Source: Felis catus (lineage: Eukaryota). Taken from it: a stretch of 64,000 nt of DNA. Made by a program: the position numbers and the translations under genes. Shown here piece after piece: positions 1 to 11,670 of the stretch. The stretch lies in the NCBI RefSeq assembly GCF_018350175.1, contig NC_058368.1:37016001-37080000 (forward strand). Reading direction: 5' to 3'. Position 1 is the stretch's first letter, and the number at the start of each line of letters is the position of its first letter. A model generated the notes under the pieces. The model was not told where the DNA came from and did no database searches. It was given only the letters and a program-made list of their open reading frames with translations.

Positions 1-1225
1 CATTTCTTCGTTGATTTCTTCATTGATCTATTGGTGGTTTACTAGCAAGTTGTTTAGCCTCCACACATTTCTGTTTTTTCTATTTTTGTTTTTCTTCTTT
101 TCTTGTGATTGATTTCTAGTTTTATATCATTGTGGTTGTAAAAGATGCAGGTATGATTTCAATCCTTTTAAATCCATGACTTACTTTATGGGCTAACATC
201 TGATATTCCAGGAGAATATTCCATATGCACTTGAAAATAGTGTATATTCTGTTGGTTTTGGATAGAATGTTCTGTATATATCTGTTATGTCCATCTGGTC
301 TATGTGTCATTCAAAGACTGTTTCCTTATTATTTTTCTGCCCAGACAATCTATCCATTGATGTAAGTAAGGTGTTAAAGTACCCTACTATTCTTGAATTA
401 CCATCACATTTCTCCCTTCATATTTATTAATATTAGCTTTATGTATTTAGGTGCATTCTAGTTGGGTCCACAGATATTTACAATTGTTGTATCCTCTTGT
501 GGATTGATCCCTTTATCATTATGTAATGCCCCTCTATGTTTCTTGTTACAGTCTTTGTTTTAAGTCTATTTTGTCTGAATTAGTACTGCTACCCCAGCTT
601 TATTATTTTTTTCACTTCCTTTTACATAATAAATGTTTTCCCAGTATCTTCACTTTTAGTCTGTATGTGTCCTTAGGTATTAGGTGAGTCTCTTGTAGGG
701 AACCTATAGATGGGTCTTGTTTTATTTTTTTAATCCATTCTGCTACCTTATGTCTTTTGATTGGAGCATTTATCCATTTACATTTAAAGTAATTATTGAT
801 AAGTTTGTGCTTATTGCTATTTTGTTTTCTGATTGTTTTTGTAGTTCTTCTCTATTCCTTTCTTCTCTTGTGCTCTTTGTGATTGGTGAGTTTCTGTAGT
901 GTTATGTTTGACTTCCTTTTTATTTTTTGTGTATCTAATACAGGTTTTTGACTTTGTGGTCACCATCAGGTTCATATATAACATCCTAAGGATACAGCAA
1001 TTTACTTTAAATTGATGGTCATTTAAGTTCAAACACATTCTAAAAAAGCTTTTTTCTAACTCTCTTGTCCACATTTTATGTATATGCTATCATATTTTGC
1101 ATCTTTTGATTCATAATTGTTTTATGTTAATTATGGCCTTTCTTTTCCACTTAAAGAAGTCCCTTTTTTGGTGTGTACCTTGGAGGAGTTGAGTTTAGGG
1201 TCTTCCTATGTTGTTGTCTTGGACC
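1..1225 (-). mobile_element. Degraded LINE-1: ORF2 endonuclease region, inter-ORF spacer and apparent 5' terminus; ORF1 and most of the 5'UTR missing; runs off the window start
   Basis: Aligns by eye to the EN regions of the other L1s in the window (e.g. 290-360 vs 30750-30820 and 50000-50050). Ends in a decayed CAAGA..TAGGAAGACCCT..ACTC 5'-end motif on the minus strand. Confidence 0.85.
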
Positions 1226-1689
1226 ATAATGCTCTGTACTTTCAACAGTATGTTATCTCCTCATTTCTTAAATGTGTTGGTTTATGCTAATATACTTTTT
1301 ATATTTTTTGCCTTGTCTGTAAAAATAAGAGAATGATATTGTGTCTTTGTCATACTGCAAATCAATTATGTTAATAAAATTCTTAATTACAAGAGTGGAA
1401 TGATTTTGGAGCTCATTACAATTTTGTCTAGAGAATTGTGGGTTGGAGACCCAGCTTAACAAGTGATTGTCACTGAAATGTGGTTTTAAGGCACTTCCCT
1501 TGGAATCACTGTGGCTGGGCCCTTAGTGTCATAAGGAATGTAGGGAAGGCAGAGAACTGATTTGCATGCATTTATTTGCACATTTATCATGTATCATAAA
1601 TATATGAAATCACATAATATGTGTCAATTACTAGTTACTTGAAGCCTAAACTCAAATAAGGGACAACAATTAATTAAGCAAATGGGTTC

Positions 1690-2400
1690 AGATCGAGATA
1701 TCAGTGATGATGGGAGAAACAAGTACAAATGGTATCATTCAGGGCATTGAAGGGCATAGTTTAGAGGACATTTTTGTTCAGTTGCAATAGAAAACTTTGG
1801 AGGATTTTAGTCAGAGGACTCATGAGTTGTGATTTTTTTAAAAACAGATTCATCTACTTTGATGAAAATATTTCATTGTGCCCAAGAGGAGAGTATATAA
1901 AACTTGCTAATGCTGAACCGGTGAGAAAATGAGGATCTGGATTAGGGTGTTGACAATGGAGACAGAAAAAAGAAAATAGATTTGAGATATATTTTAAAGT
2001 AGAACTTTAAAAATTTTTTTTTAACATTTATTCATTTCTGAGAGACAGAGAGACAGAGCTTGAGTGGGGGAGGGGCAGAAAGAGAGGGAGACACAGAATC
2101 TGAAGCAGGCTCCAGGTTCTGAGCTTTCAGCATAGAGACTGATGCGGGGCTTAAACTCACCAACCATGAGATCATGACCTGAGCTGAAGTCGGACGCTTA
2201 ACCAACTGAGCCACCCAGGCGCCCCTAAAATAGAACTTTAACAGACTTCGGTAATGGATTAGATATTAGGATTGATGTAAAGACAGAAATCAACTGTGAT
2301 TTTTTTTTTATTTGAAAGATGACGCCATTTCTGAGATGAGAAAACATTGAATAGGAGAAATATTAAGACTTGGGTGAGAGTAAAGCAGGTAATGCCTTGT
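1690..2400 (-). mobile_element. Highly diverged L2-like remnant, interrupted by a SINE
   Basis: Purine-rich segments (GAGATATATTTTAAAGTAGAA, GTAATGGATTAGAT) resemble the L2 remnants at 10.2-11.7 kb and 55.2-55.4 kb. Confidence 0.45.
2011..2225 (-). mobile_element. CanSINE (SINEC_Fc-type)
   Basis: On the minus strand: GGGGCGCCTGGGTGGCTCAG head, (CT)n body and A-rich tail. 16-bp TSD TAAA(G/A)TAGAACTTTAA at 1995-2010 and 2226-2241. Confidence 0.97.
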
Positions 2401-3938
2401 ACCAAGTGTGACTCAAGCTGGCAAACTTTCAAAACATTTTACAAAGCCAACAAGTATGATAGTTTTTCCAGTTTCCTCTCAATTGAACCTACTCCCCATA
2501 TACCATATGAAATATCCAGAAGGGTGGCTTTTAATGATTCTTTCTCCCGTTTACTTCATTGTCTTTTTAGATACTAAGTAGTATACTCTGCTATAATTCA
2601 GCTGCAATATTTGGCCACTCCACAATCTGTGTATTCTCTTACCATAGTTTAAGTTCAACATTGTGTCTTGCTGATTCCAAGTTGTCTAATTTATGCATGA
2701 GATAAGTGAAATTGGATTCCTGTAACAGACAAAGAATACTATTGATAGGGAAGTAGGAGATAGATTCCAAAGCAATTAGCTATGTACCATTATGTAAAAT
2801 ATCCAAGATTTTATCTTTGAGGTATAGCTAATTCTTCATACGAAATATTAGCACATAGAAATATTTAAAACTCCTGTCCCTCACTAAGTATAGATATTTG
2901 TAGTATAACACATTTGCAAATACACTCAAGAGCTGTTTATTTATGTCATTCCATGTAATACTATTCTGATACTTCGATATTATACAATAATCTACATATA
3001 CTACAAAAATATGAAATTATTGCTTGTTGTAAAGTATTGTGATAATGATAAAGGCACTATGATATGTTAATGATGATGTTGCTGCTGCTGATTCAACAAA
3101 ATGTTCCATTTCCCTAACCATATTTTCCTACTTGAGCTTTAGCACTCTTTGACAGCCCCCTTTGGTGCCAATAGCATTAATTCTGACAGAGAAGACAAGG
3201 AAAGAAAATGAGAAAGGCAATAGGAAAAAAAGAAAGAGAAAAAGGGTTATAAGAGATTAAGTTGATATCTTTTCAAAACTGAAATGTGGTGTGATAGATT
3301 AGGGTCTCCCAAGAGAGTATTGGGTTGTCCTCCCATTTTATAATTTTCTGCTTATCCCTTCAGAAGATTCTGTCTTTCCATCTCTCTCTTGAATCTTTAA
3401 GGCATTCAAATTTATTTATGCAAGATGTTACAAAGGAGACATAAAGTTGAAAACAGATTGTAGAATGTAGATTTTTTCAGTATTGACTGCTAGCTTTACC
3501 ACTTTGGTTTGAGTCTGACCTGAGTGTAATTTAAGTAGAAATCCCAGCTTTTGCTCTGTTCTATCAATCTAGGACACTATTATCTAGTAATTATTTTTGG
3601 TTTATATTAGGCAAACAGCAAGATAATGGTTTTCTTGGAAAGATTCCTATAATTTTTTTGTCCATGCATTTCTAAGTGTTTAATCCAAAATGAGACAAAG
3701 CTGTGCTTTCCAAACCTTGAATCCTATTTTATTTGAATACTGGAGCAGGAAAGATGCAGATAAATTAAGTCACCATTAGCCAACTTGCCAATGTTTCTTC
3801 CTTTTACTAAACTCACCACAACTTGTTATTCACTTGGCTTACAACTTTACTGACTTATTTATTTATCTCATACTTATTTTAGGAAGATTTTAGAAAATCA
3901 GACATAAAGTTGACATATTGAATTAAAATTATACTTTT

Positions 3939-4147
3939 GTGGGATGCTCAGTCGGTTAAGTGTCCGACTTCAGCTCAGGTCATGATCTCACAGTTCGTGG
4001 GTTCAAGCTCTGCGTCAGGCTCGGTGCAGACAGCTCAGAGCCTGGAGCCTGCTTCGGATTCTGTGTCTCCCTCTCTGTCTGTCCTGCCCCACTCACAACT
4101 CTGTCTCTCTTGCTCAAAAATAAACATTAAAAAATTTTTTTAAAAAG
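3939..4147 (+). mobile_element. CanSINE (SINEC_Fc-type), 5' end slightly altered
   Basis: GCTCAGTCGGTTAAG...AATAAACATTAAAA; TSD AATTATACTTTT at 3927-3938 and 4148-4159. Confidence 0.96.
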
Positions 4148-4283
4148 AATTATACTTTTTATTTTCAACTTATTTTAAATATAGGGAAATAATCTTAATT
4201 CTATAAATTGTGGCATTTTAAATTCCTAAATTCCTCCTCTAGTATATGAAGGAAAAGTACATGTTAAAAATATACAGCATATT

Positions 4284-4475
4284 GCTGTGCCTAAGTGACT
4301 CAGTGGTTTAAGTGTCAGACTTCGGCTTAGGTCTTGATCTTACAGTTTGTGAGTTCGAGTCCTGCTTCGGACTCTCTTCTGTCAGCTTGGAGACTAGAGC
4401 CTGCATCAGATTCTGTGGCTCCCTCTCTCTTTGTCTCTGTCTTTCAAAAATGAATAAATGTAAAAAAAAATTTTT
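4284..4475 (+). mobile_element. CanSINE, diverged
   Basis: SINE body with tail; TSD AAATATACA(G/A)CATATT at 4268-4283 and 4476-4491. Confidence 0.93.
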
Positions 4476-4611
4476 AAATATACAACATATTTAGTGAGGG
4501 CAGTCCCATTTAGCTCTTTTAGATTTCTCCCCTGATATCTGATATCTACCATATTATTTTTCCTCCACTTTTTCCTCAGGCAGCTTATCCTGAGAGTAGG
4601 CTGTTTCTTAC

Positions 4612-4796
4612 GATAAGGAGTCAGGACCTAAACCAAAAAAATCCAGATTCCGTTGCTCTCGCATTAGATTTTGTACAAATTTTCTGTGCCTTAAAGGCAA
4701 ACCATCCACTTGTGACTCATTCTTAGTAATGCACCTTTTAGTGATATCCTTATCAAATGAAGCAGATAAAATCTTGGTAGTGACTGCCAGAATGCT
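4612..4796 (-). other. Candidate 185-nt internal exon of unknown gene (SILAVTTKILSASFDKDITKRCITKNESQVDGLPLRHRKFVQNLMREQRNLDFFGLGPDSL)
   Basis: Minus-strand acceptor TTTTACCCTTTCCAG|, donor |GTAAGA, and one stop-free frame of 61 codons in non-repeat DNA. No homolog recognised. Confidence 0.25.
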
Positions 4797-5209
4797 CTGG
4801 AAAGGGTAAAAATAGACCATACTCTTCTCCAAAAGAAAGCAGTTGTGTAATTATAGAATCGTGTTCCTATTTGTGAAATAATTCTAAAGAATATTGTTCA
4901 AATATATATTCAAATAGCATGTTTCATTTAATACTATGTTTATATATATTCTGTTTTTCATTTCCATTTTTATATACATCAAAGTGAAAAGAAATGGATT
5001 ATGTTTTTCAGGATCTCTACTCTTATGTAATGTTACTATTTATATTTCACTAAGATTTGGGGTGTCTGTATAGAACTTAAAGTAAGTGATCTACTTTGCG
5101 GAAGAAGATCAACAACTGACTTCAAATACATCCCAAATCAGCCAAATAATGCAGTGTTTTTGCAGAAGGAGATGAAACAATAAAATGCTACTTCCAGTAA
5201 AAAAAATCT

Positions 5210-5428
5210 GGGGTGCCTGGGTGGCTCAGTTGGTTGAGTGTCTGACTTTGTCTCAGGTCATGATCTCGCAGTTCATGAGTTTGAGCCCCGCCATCGAGCT
5301 CTGTGGTGACAGCTCAGAGCCTGGAGCCTGCTTCAGATTCTGTGTCTCCCTCCCTCTGCCACTTCCCCGCTCATGCTCTGTCTCTCTCTGTCTCTCAAAA
5401 ATGAATAAATGTTAAACAATTTTTTTTT
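5210..5428 (+). mobile_element. CanSINE (SINEC_Fc-type)
   Basis: GGGGTGCCTGGGTGGCTCAG head; short TSD AAATCT. Confidence 0.96.
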
Positions 5429-8164
5429 AAATCTTCCAAATCTTAACTGTTACTCATTGGCACCTCTGCTTAATAAACAAGAAAGAGGAATTTTTAAAAC
5501 CATTTGGCTCTACAATTTGGAGATACTATAGGAACACATTTTTAAGCCTCATTTTTTTTTATAGTTTATGATTTTGGCATTGAATACCATTGACTTCCCC
5601 TGCTCCTCACTCCTTTACTGGCCAAAGGTTTCTGCACGGTTCATCTTGATGTTTAAAAATTTTTAACCAAACACAGAAGGGGTCAGGCAATTCATTTAGC
5701 TCAATGACTACCTAGCATAGCTTACTATTAAAGGAATTATACATTATTTGTTTTTAATTGGAGATGAAAAGTCAAGAAAGATTGAAGCAACAGAGAAATG
5801 ATTTTATATGAAACAGAGAAGGCTACTAGCGCATAGACTGTTATTCAGGAGATGCTAGTAAGTAAAGGAAAGATCGTGAAGCTCTACTCAGCCTCAGCTA
5901 ACCCTAAAGAGACATGGGCTTAATGTTAGCCCTGGATGTACAGAAGAGACTAGAAAACATACAGATTGAGGGTTTTTGTTTTCAACCTGGTCGATGCCCG
6001 TTATTTTGATAGCCATAAGATCGACAGTCACTGCACATTCATTCTAGTGTTGCCTCCATTTCCTCCTACTTCCTACCACACTGGATACCTTAAAAGGATG
6101 ACAGAGGATGGACTTCAATAAACTAAGGTAAAATTGAGCACCAGGAATAGGGAAAAAAAAAAAAAGAAAAGAAAAAGACCCAAATTCTTCAGTACTTTAA
6201 TACAGAACTGAGGTCCAGAGGGGTACTTGTTGGCTGCCTCTTCTTTCTTCTAGGCATTCTGTTATAAATCTGGGCCAATTAGTATATGAAAAGAAGGTTC
6301 CATTTAATGTCTTGGGTGGATAAGTCTTGCCCTGATAGAGGGTGTCACTGTGTTGATTGCAAGGAAAATAGATGTAACATAATAGATGTGGGGCTATATC
6401 CAAGAGTAGATAGATTTGCAGTCATTATGCACATGATGCACATGATTATGCATGTGCACATGCTGGTCATCTCTCATAAGCCTTCCATCGTTATTTTAGA
6501 GGTGGTAAAGTTTGGGATCATTGTATGAGGCCCAGTACCGATGGAAAATTAGTGTCACTCTTGGGCTTACTTTGAAGCTTAAAAATTAATGAGAAATTCC
6601 TGTTACTCTAAGAAGTGCTCTCTGATCCTACCTAGAAATCTTAAATACTATTTACATTTAAAATGATGACAATAATGATTATTTTACCTTTTAGAGTGCC
6701 ATATAATGTATAAAATACCTCTTTTATCATTTCCTAAATTCTGTGCTACATACAGATGAATATTTCTTCATGATTTTTCTGTTAGCTATTATAAAGCTGT
6801 GAAGAAAAACAAGCAGTATTTTTCTGACAGGGAAAAGAAGGCATAGAAAAATAATAATTGACTTGCCTCTGGTTACACAGGCCATTAATTCATAGACTCT
6901 GGGTGCTTTTCTGATTTCATGACCCTAACTACCTCTCTAAGACATCCAGTGTAGGCAATTGTCATTTTATTATTCATTATTTGGTAATCTTTTGACTAAT
7001 GCATTGACTTGCATTATTCAAATGCTGGGAGAAAATAGTTTCCATTCTTCATTCTTTCCCACTAAGGAATCTTTTCCACCCAGGGCTTTGTACTCTTAAT
7101 GGAATCCTTAGCTTCTTTAAAGAATTGGTGTCTCTATTGTTTAGAATGGTGGCCAGTGGGAGGAGTGGGGGAGCGGGGCAGTTACTGACTGAGTAATGTC
7201 TAGGAATTAGAGTCCTAGTGTGAACATGGTGGCAGAGATTAATGACAAATGAGAATGTTATCAGTATAACAAAGCAAAACAAACAAACAAAAAAACAGAC
7301 TCTCTCCTTCATGCAAGGTCTTTAAATTGTCGTAAAAAGATATAAGAATTACTTCCCTATAAATCTATAAGTATAAATTACAAGATTTCTTAATTATGAA
7401 CAAGGATTTTTATATTTGTATTTCTTACATGAGTTTGGTACCTGCTCTGTTTTGGTCTTCCATGAAGATCACTTTTTGAACTGTTTGCTAGGAGAGGTTT
7501 CATTAACGGCTGCTGGACAAACCAGTTTTCAGTTTATTTGGTATCTAGAGCATTAAAATATGACAGCTGGAAGTTTTGATGTTGGGAGCTGTTGGAAGCT
7601 TTGGGCTTTTCTTTTTCAATTCAATTTTCTGTTGTGTTTGGCTACAGTTTGGGTTCATTTCTAGATATTAGATTGGTTGAGATGCAGTGGAGAGTCGATT
7701 TTCAGGCCTTCATTGATATGATTTCTCATACAATTCATGTTCTAATGTTGGCTGGGTACATGAACTATTACTGTGCTTTAAGAAATAATTCATGTTGCTC
7801 ATACTTAATTAGAAATCACCCTATTAATCAATCTCTCACAAAACTATCATCTACTTCAAAATTTGAAACTTTAGGCTTTCAACTTTATTTGGAGCTAACA
7901 AATTTGGAAAGTTGTGCTTTTTTAAAAAATTTTATTACAAATTACAGATTTAGTGTTTGAAAATAAGTAATTATTTCAGTCTTTTCTCTTTAAAGATAAT
8001 AAAGCTCACAGGGATTAAGAGTCTCCTTAAAGTTAAATAAGTAGTTGGTAGCAGACCTCGAGCTTAACATATCCAATTACACAAGAATTGCTTTCTCATA
8101 TACATTGTATGTAGAGTGATGTCTTTTCAAACATGCATAGGGAGGGTTATTTCCCATATTCTCT

Positions 8165-8290
8165 GAATGTCCACAAGACAGGGACTGCATGTTGTTAAAT
8201 TCTATATATTTAATGCACAGACTTGTGCTGCCATATAACAGATGATTACTTAACATTTGTTGAATGAATGAATGAATGAATACATGTTGA
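8165..8290 (+). mobile_element. L2 3' end remnant
   Basis: Ends ACATTTGTTGAATGAATGAATGAATGAA, the typical L2 (TGAA)n tail. Confidence 0.75.
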
Positions 8291-8349
8291 ATATATATGC
8301 CCTCCTTATACCCTTGAATTTTATTAATTAAAATATATATTTTTTAGAC

Positions 8350-8690
8350 TGGCAGTTTCTTATAGGGTTTCATATATATCTTACCATATAATTTCAGAAA
8401 TTCTTCCCTTAGATATTTATCAAAAAGAAATGGAAAAAATAGAAAATCCACAGAAAGACTTGTACTGTGTGAATGTTCATCATAGCTTTAATCATAATAG
8501 CCCCAAACTAAAAACAACCCAAATGTTTACCAACAGATGAATGGATAAACAAGTTGTGCATTCACGTATTCCAGATCTCCATTGAGCCATTGTTTCATGT
8601 TGTACACATTTGTTAAAACTCATTGAACTGTACATTTAAAAAGTGATTACTGTATGCATACTGAATCTCAAAAAAGTTTAATTGAAAGTT
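8350..8690 (+). mobile_element. Old L1 (L1MB/ME-like) 3' fragment
   Basis: ORF2 C-terminal motif AAACAACCCAAATGT..CAACAGATGAATGGATAAAC, then 3'UTR AAAACTCATTGAACTGTACA. Confidence 0.75.
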
Positions 8691-9984
8691 AAAAATGTAA
8701 TTTTCTGTATCTTTTTAACAGCTGAAAAATTACAGGGTGTAATTGATATATATCTATTACTATCTTCTGTTTATATCTTCATCTGCAGTTAATTGCGTGA
8801 AATCTGTTAACCCAAACCAATGAAGATGAGATCTTTTGGAAGTATTCTTTCCAACAAGCTTAGTTACATCTAATAAGCATATCAGCTAATACATATAAAT
8901 GAGATATCAGCATAATGTTTATTCTAAAATATTACTCACTGAATCCTATGCATGACATTCCTTCTAGTGTGTTCTTGCTTTGATGATGTGCTTTGTTGCT
9001 AAAATCAGGTAAAGATAGTTACTCTTTCCTTATCTAGGAGATTATTATCTGAGAACTTCAAAGCTTCCTGTGCCTATCTTTTTCAATGGAGGCCCATTAT
9101 CTATGCCATGGGTAGTGCAGCAAATTTCCCTACATACTAAACACCATACTTCACTTAGCTAATGATAATCTTTCAGGTTTGAAAGGCAATGAACAAATTA
9201 ATGATATATGTTTTTTTTTCTGAACTGTGTGAGAGATTGCCAGTTATTAAAACAAAATCTTAAATGTATTTATCTGTTATATTTAACAGAGCACATGAGT
9301 TGGGAATTGACAACCTGAGAACCAGTGACTCACTTAGAGAAGTGTTGTGTTGACAACAAATGCATCAAGAGAAGTCATGAGAGGATGCAATTTTTCTTTG
9401 TTATGTGAATTTTAAAGGTTAACTACATCTAGTTTGTCTTAGTAAAAATTTAATGTTTTAGTACTCATAAATATAATCAACCTTTTAAAGATAAAATCCA
9501 TCCTTATTTCTTATCTCTATCATCATATCTGTGGACAATGAACTTACTTGATCACCTGCTTTGTAAGCTGATGCTTTATTTTAATTGATTTTAAAAAATG
9601 TACCTCTTTTGGATTTAAAGTCTACCCTTTTCCAAAAAATATGAAATTATCAGGGAACGTTTTGTTCTAAAAGAGTAATGAAGTTTTAATATGAATATAA
9701 TATTTATAAATGAAGAAAAAAGAGGAGGGGGATGGGAAGGAAAAGGAAAAGAGGCAGGGGAAGAAGTAGAAGAAGACCATTCCGAATTGCTCTGGAACTC
9801 AGCAGGTTGGTGGGGCTGAAAGTAGATTCAGGACATTATCTGTAACATTTAGATCAGATTAGCAGTTTTTCTCAGTAATGCCTGGCTTTACCTCCTGTGT
9901 GCAAATGGGTTGATTCTTGAAGCAAAGCCAATTGAAATCTTAAAACCAGCAGAATTCATCTTTTTCTCTACTTCATTTTCTTCC

Positions 9985-11670
9985 ACTTCTGAGTGCCTGT
10001 GATATGTCCAGGACTGCAAGAGGCCCCAGGATACAACAGTGAACAAGACATGATTTCTAACCCCAGACCTCTAAAGAACTCATAACCTGTGTTGGAAAAA
10101 GCCTACTTATACAATCACCAATGTGATCAATATGATACTAACATAGAGTTAGTTATGAGTGCAGAGGAGGAAATACTCATTTGAAGAAGACATCATAGAG
10201 TCTTGAAAAAATGAAAAGGTATTCACCTAGGTGGTTCAGTCCATTCCAATCATTCAACAAATAATGCTGAACTCCTGCTCTCTGATGACTCCTGTATGTG
10301 GAACTGGGCTTGCCATGGTGATCAAAGACCAGCATCATCCCTTCCTCCCAGGATTTTCAATCACATAAGTAACTGTATAATTGTACACCATGGCAGATGC
10401 TACATGTAAAAGGTTCAGGGTATAATGAGAGTATATAGGGACCCTGACTCTTTTGGGGGAACCTAGGGGAAGCAGGTCAGAGAAGACTTTCTGAAGAAGT
10501 GACTCTGTTGCTGAGATCCAAAGATAAGTTGGAGTTCATTTAGGCAGTGAAAAGGAATGGAGAAGAGTGCACCAGGAACAGGAAGCAGCCTGTACAAAGG
10601 CCGTGGCAGAAGGGTACATGGTGTATTTGTGCAGGAGAAGCAGTGTGGTGTGGCTGGAGAGCAATGCAATGGAGAAGAAGGTGAGAGGCCCAACATGGCT
10701 GCGAGGAGCAGATTACCCAGGGTCCTATAAACCAGATTAGAGATGTTGAACCTTTGCTCAAGAGATTTAAGCAGAGAAACTACCTGGCTAGAATGCTTTT
10801 TAAAAAATGCTTTTGCTTCAGTTTAAAAATAAGTTTCGGGAAGCCCTAATCAGGAAGCTGTAGCAATATGTCCACGTGACAGACCATGACAATTCATTCG
10901 GACTAGGTATCAAGATAGAAATGAGGAATCGAGAGATTTAAATTTAGGAAGTAAAATCAACAAAATTTCATGATGTATTGGCTATGGAGAAGGAGAGAGA
11001 GTGCGAAGGATGACTGTCAGGATTCTGGCTTGAAGAATTGGATGGATGAGCATGCTATTCAATAGCAAACAATGGAAAGAGAACAGACTGGGGTGCGGTC
11101 AGGCATTTGGCTTTGAACTGGCTGCTCAGGGTTTCTTTCCAATATGCAAGTGAAAACAATGTGAATTGGGTATATCAGCCTAAAGCTGAGAAGCCTACTA
11201 GATGTTTATATGTAAAAGTCACAAAAATATGGCTGGTAACTGAAGACCATAGAATGAATGTACGTACACGAAACATACAGAGTGAAAAGAGACAAAAACT
11301 GACGAATATTCCTTGAATGGCATTTGACATTTAAGGATTGTGTTGAGAAAACTGAGTTAGCAAAGAAGAAAGAGAAGGAGCAGCCAGAAAAATAGAAGCC
11401 ATCCCAGGGGTATGTGATATCATAGAAGTAAGGGAGGATAGAGTATTGAAACCAAAGTGGAGTACTCAAATGGGTCTGGTATTGGTGAAACTCAAGTAAG
11501 ATAAGGGCTAAAGAGACCCACTGTTTTAAATTACTTAGAAATGTCACAGGTGGGTGGAGGAAGACTTATGGTAAGGTCATGGGGTTGCAAGATAAATAGG
11601 AGTGGATTGAGTACTGAATGGAGCTTGAAAAAATTGGAAAAGTAAGTGTTAACTAATCTCTAAAAGGATT
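9985..11670 (-). mobile_element. L2 remnants (at least two pieces)
   Basis: CATTCAACAAATA tail at about 10250; L2-typical TCAGAGAAGACTTTCTGAAGAAGTGAC and AAGGATGACT..GGATTCTGGCTTG segments. Confidence 0.75.

Noticed and set aside
5012..5081. Plus-strand TTTTTCAG|...|GTAAGT 70-nt exon-like unit
   Set aside because: Stop codons in all three frames and no other support.
6117..6180. AATAAA followed about 30 nt later by an A-rich run (possible retrocopy 3' end)
   Set aside because: No TSD and no recognisable upstream ORF.
6190..6640. Minus-strand His-rich peptide HVHMHNHVHHVHND and overlapping short ORFs
   Set aside because: The frame is interrupted by several stops; the His richness comes from the short ATGCACATG repeat.
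7592..7960. 122-aa ORF, the longest outside repeats
   Set aside because: Non-ATG start, low-complexity composition from T-rich DNA, no splice signals or recognisable domain.
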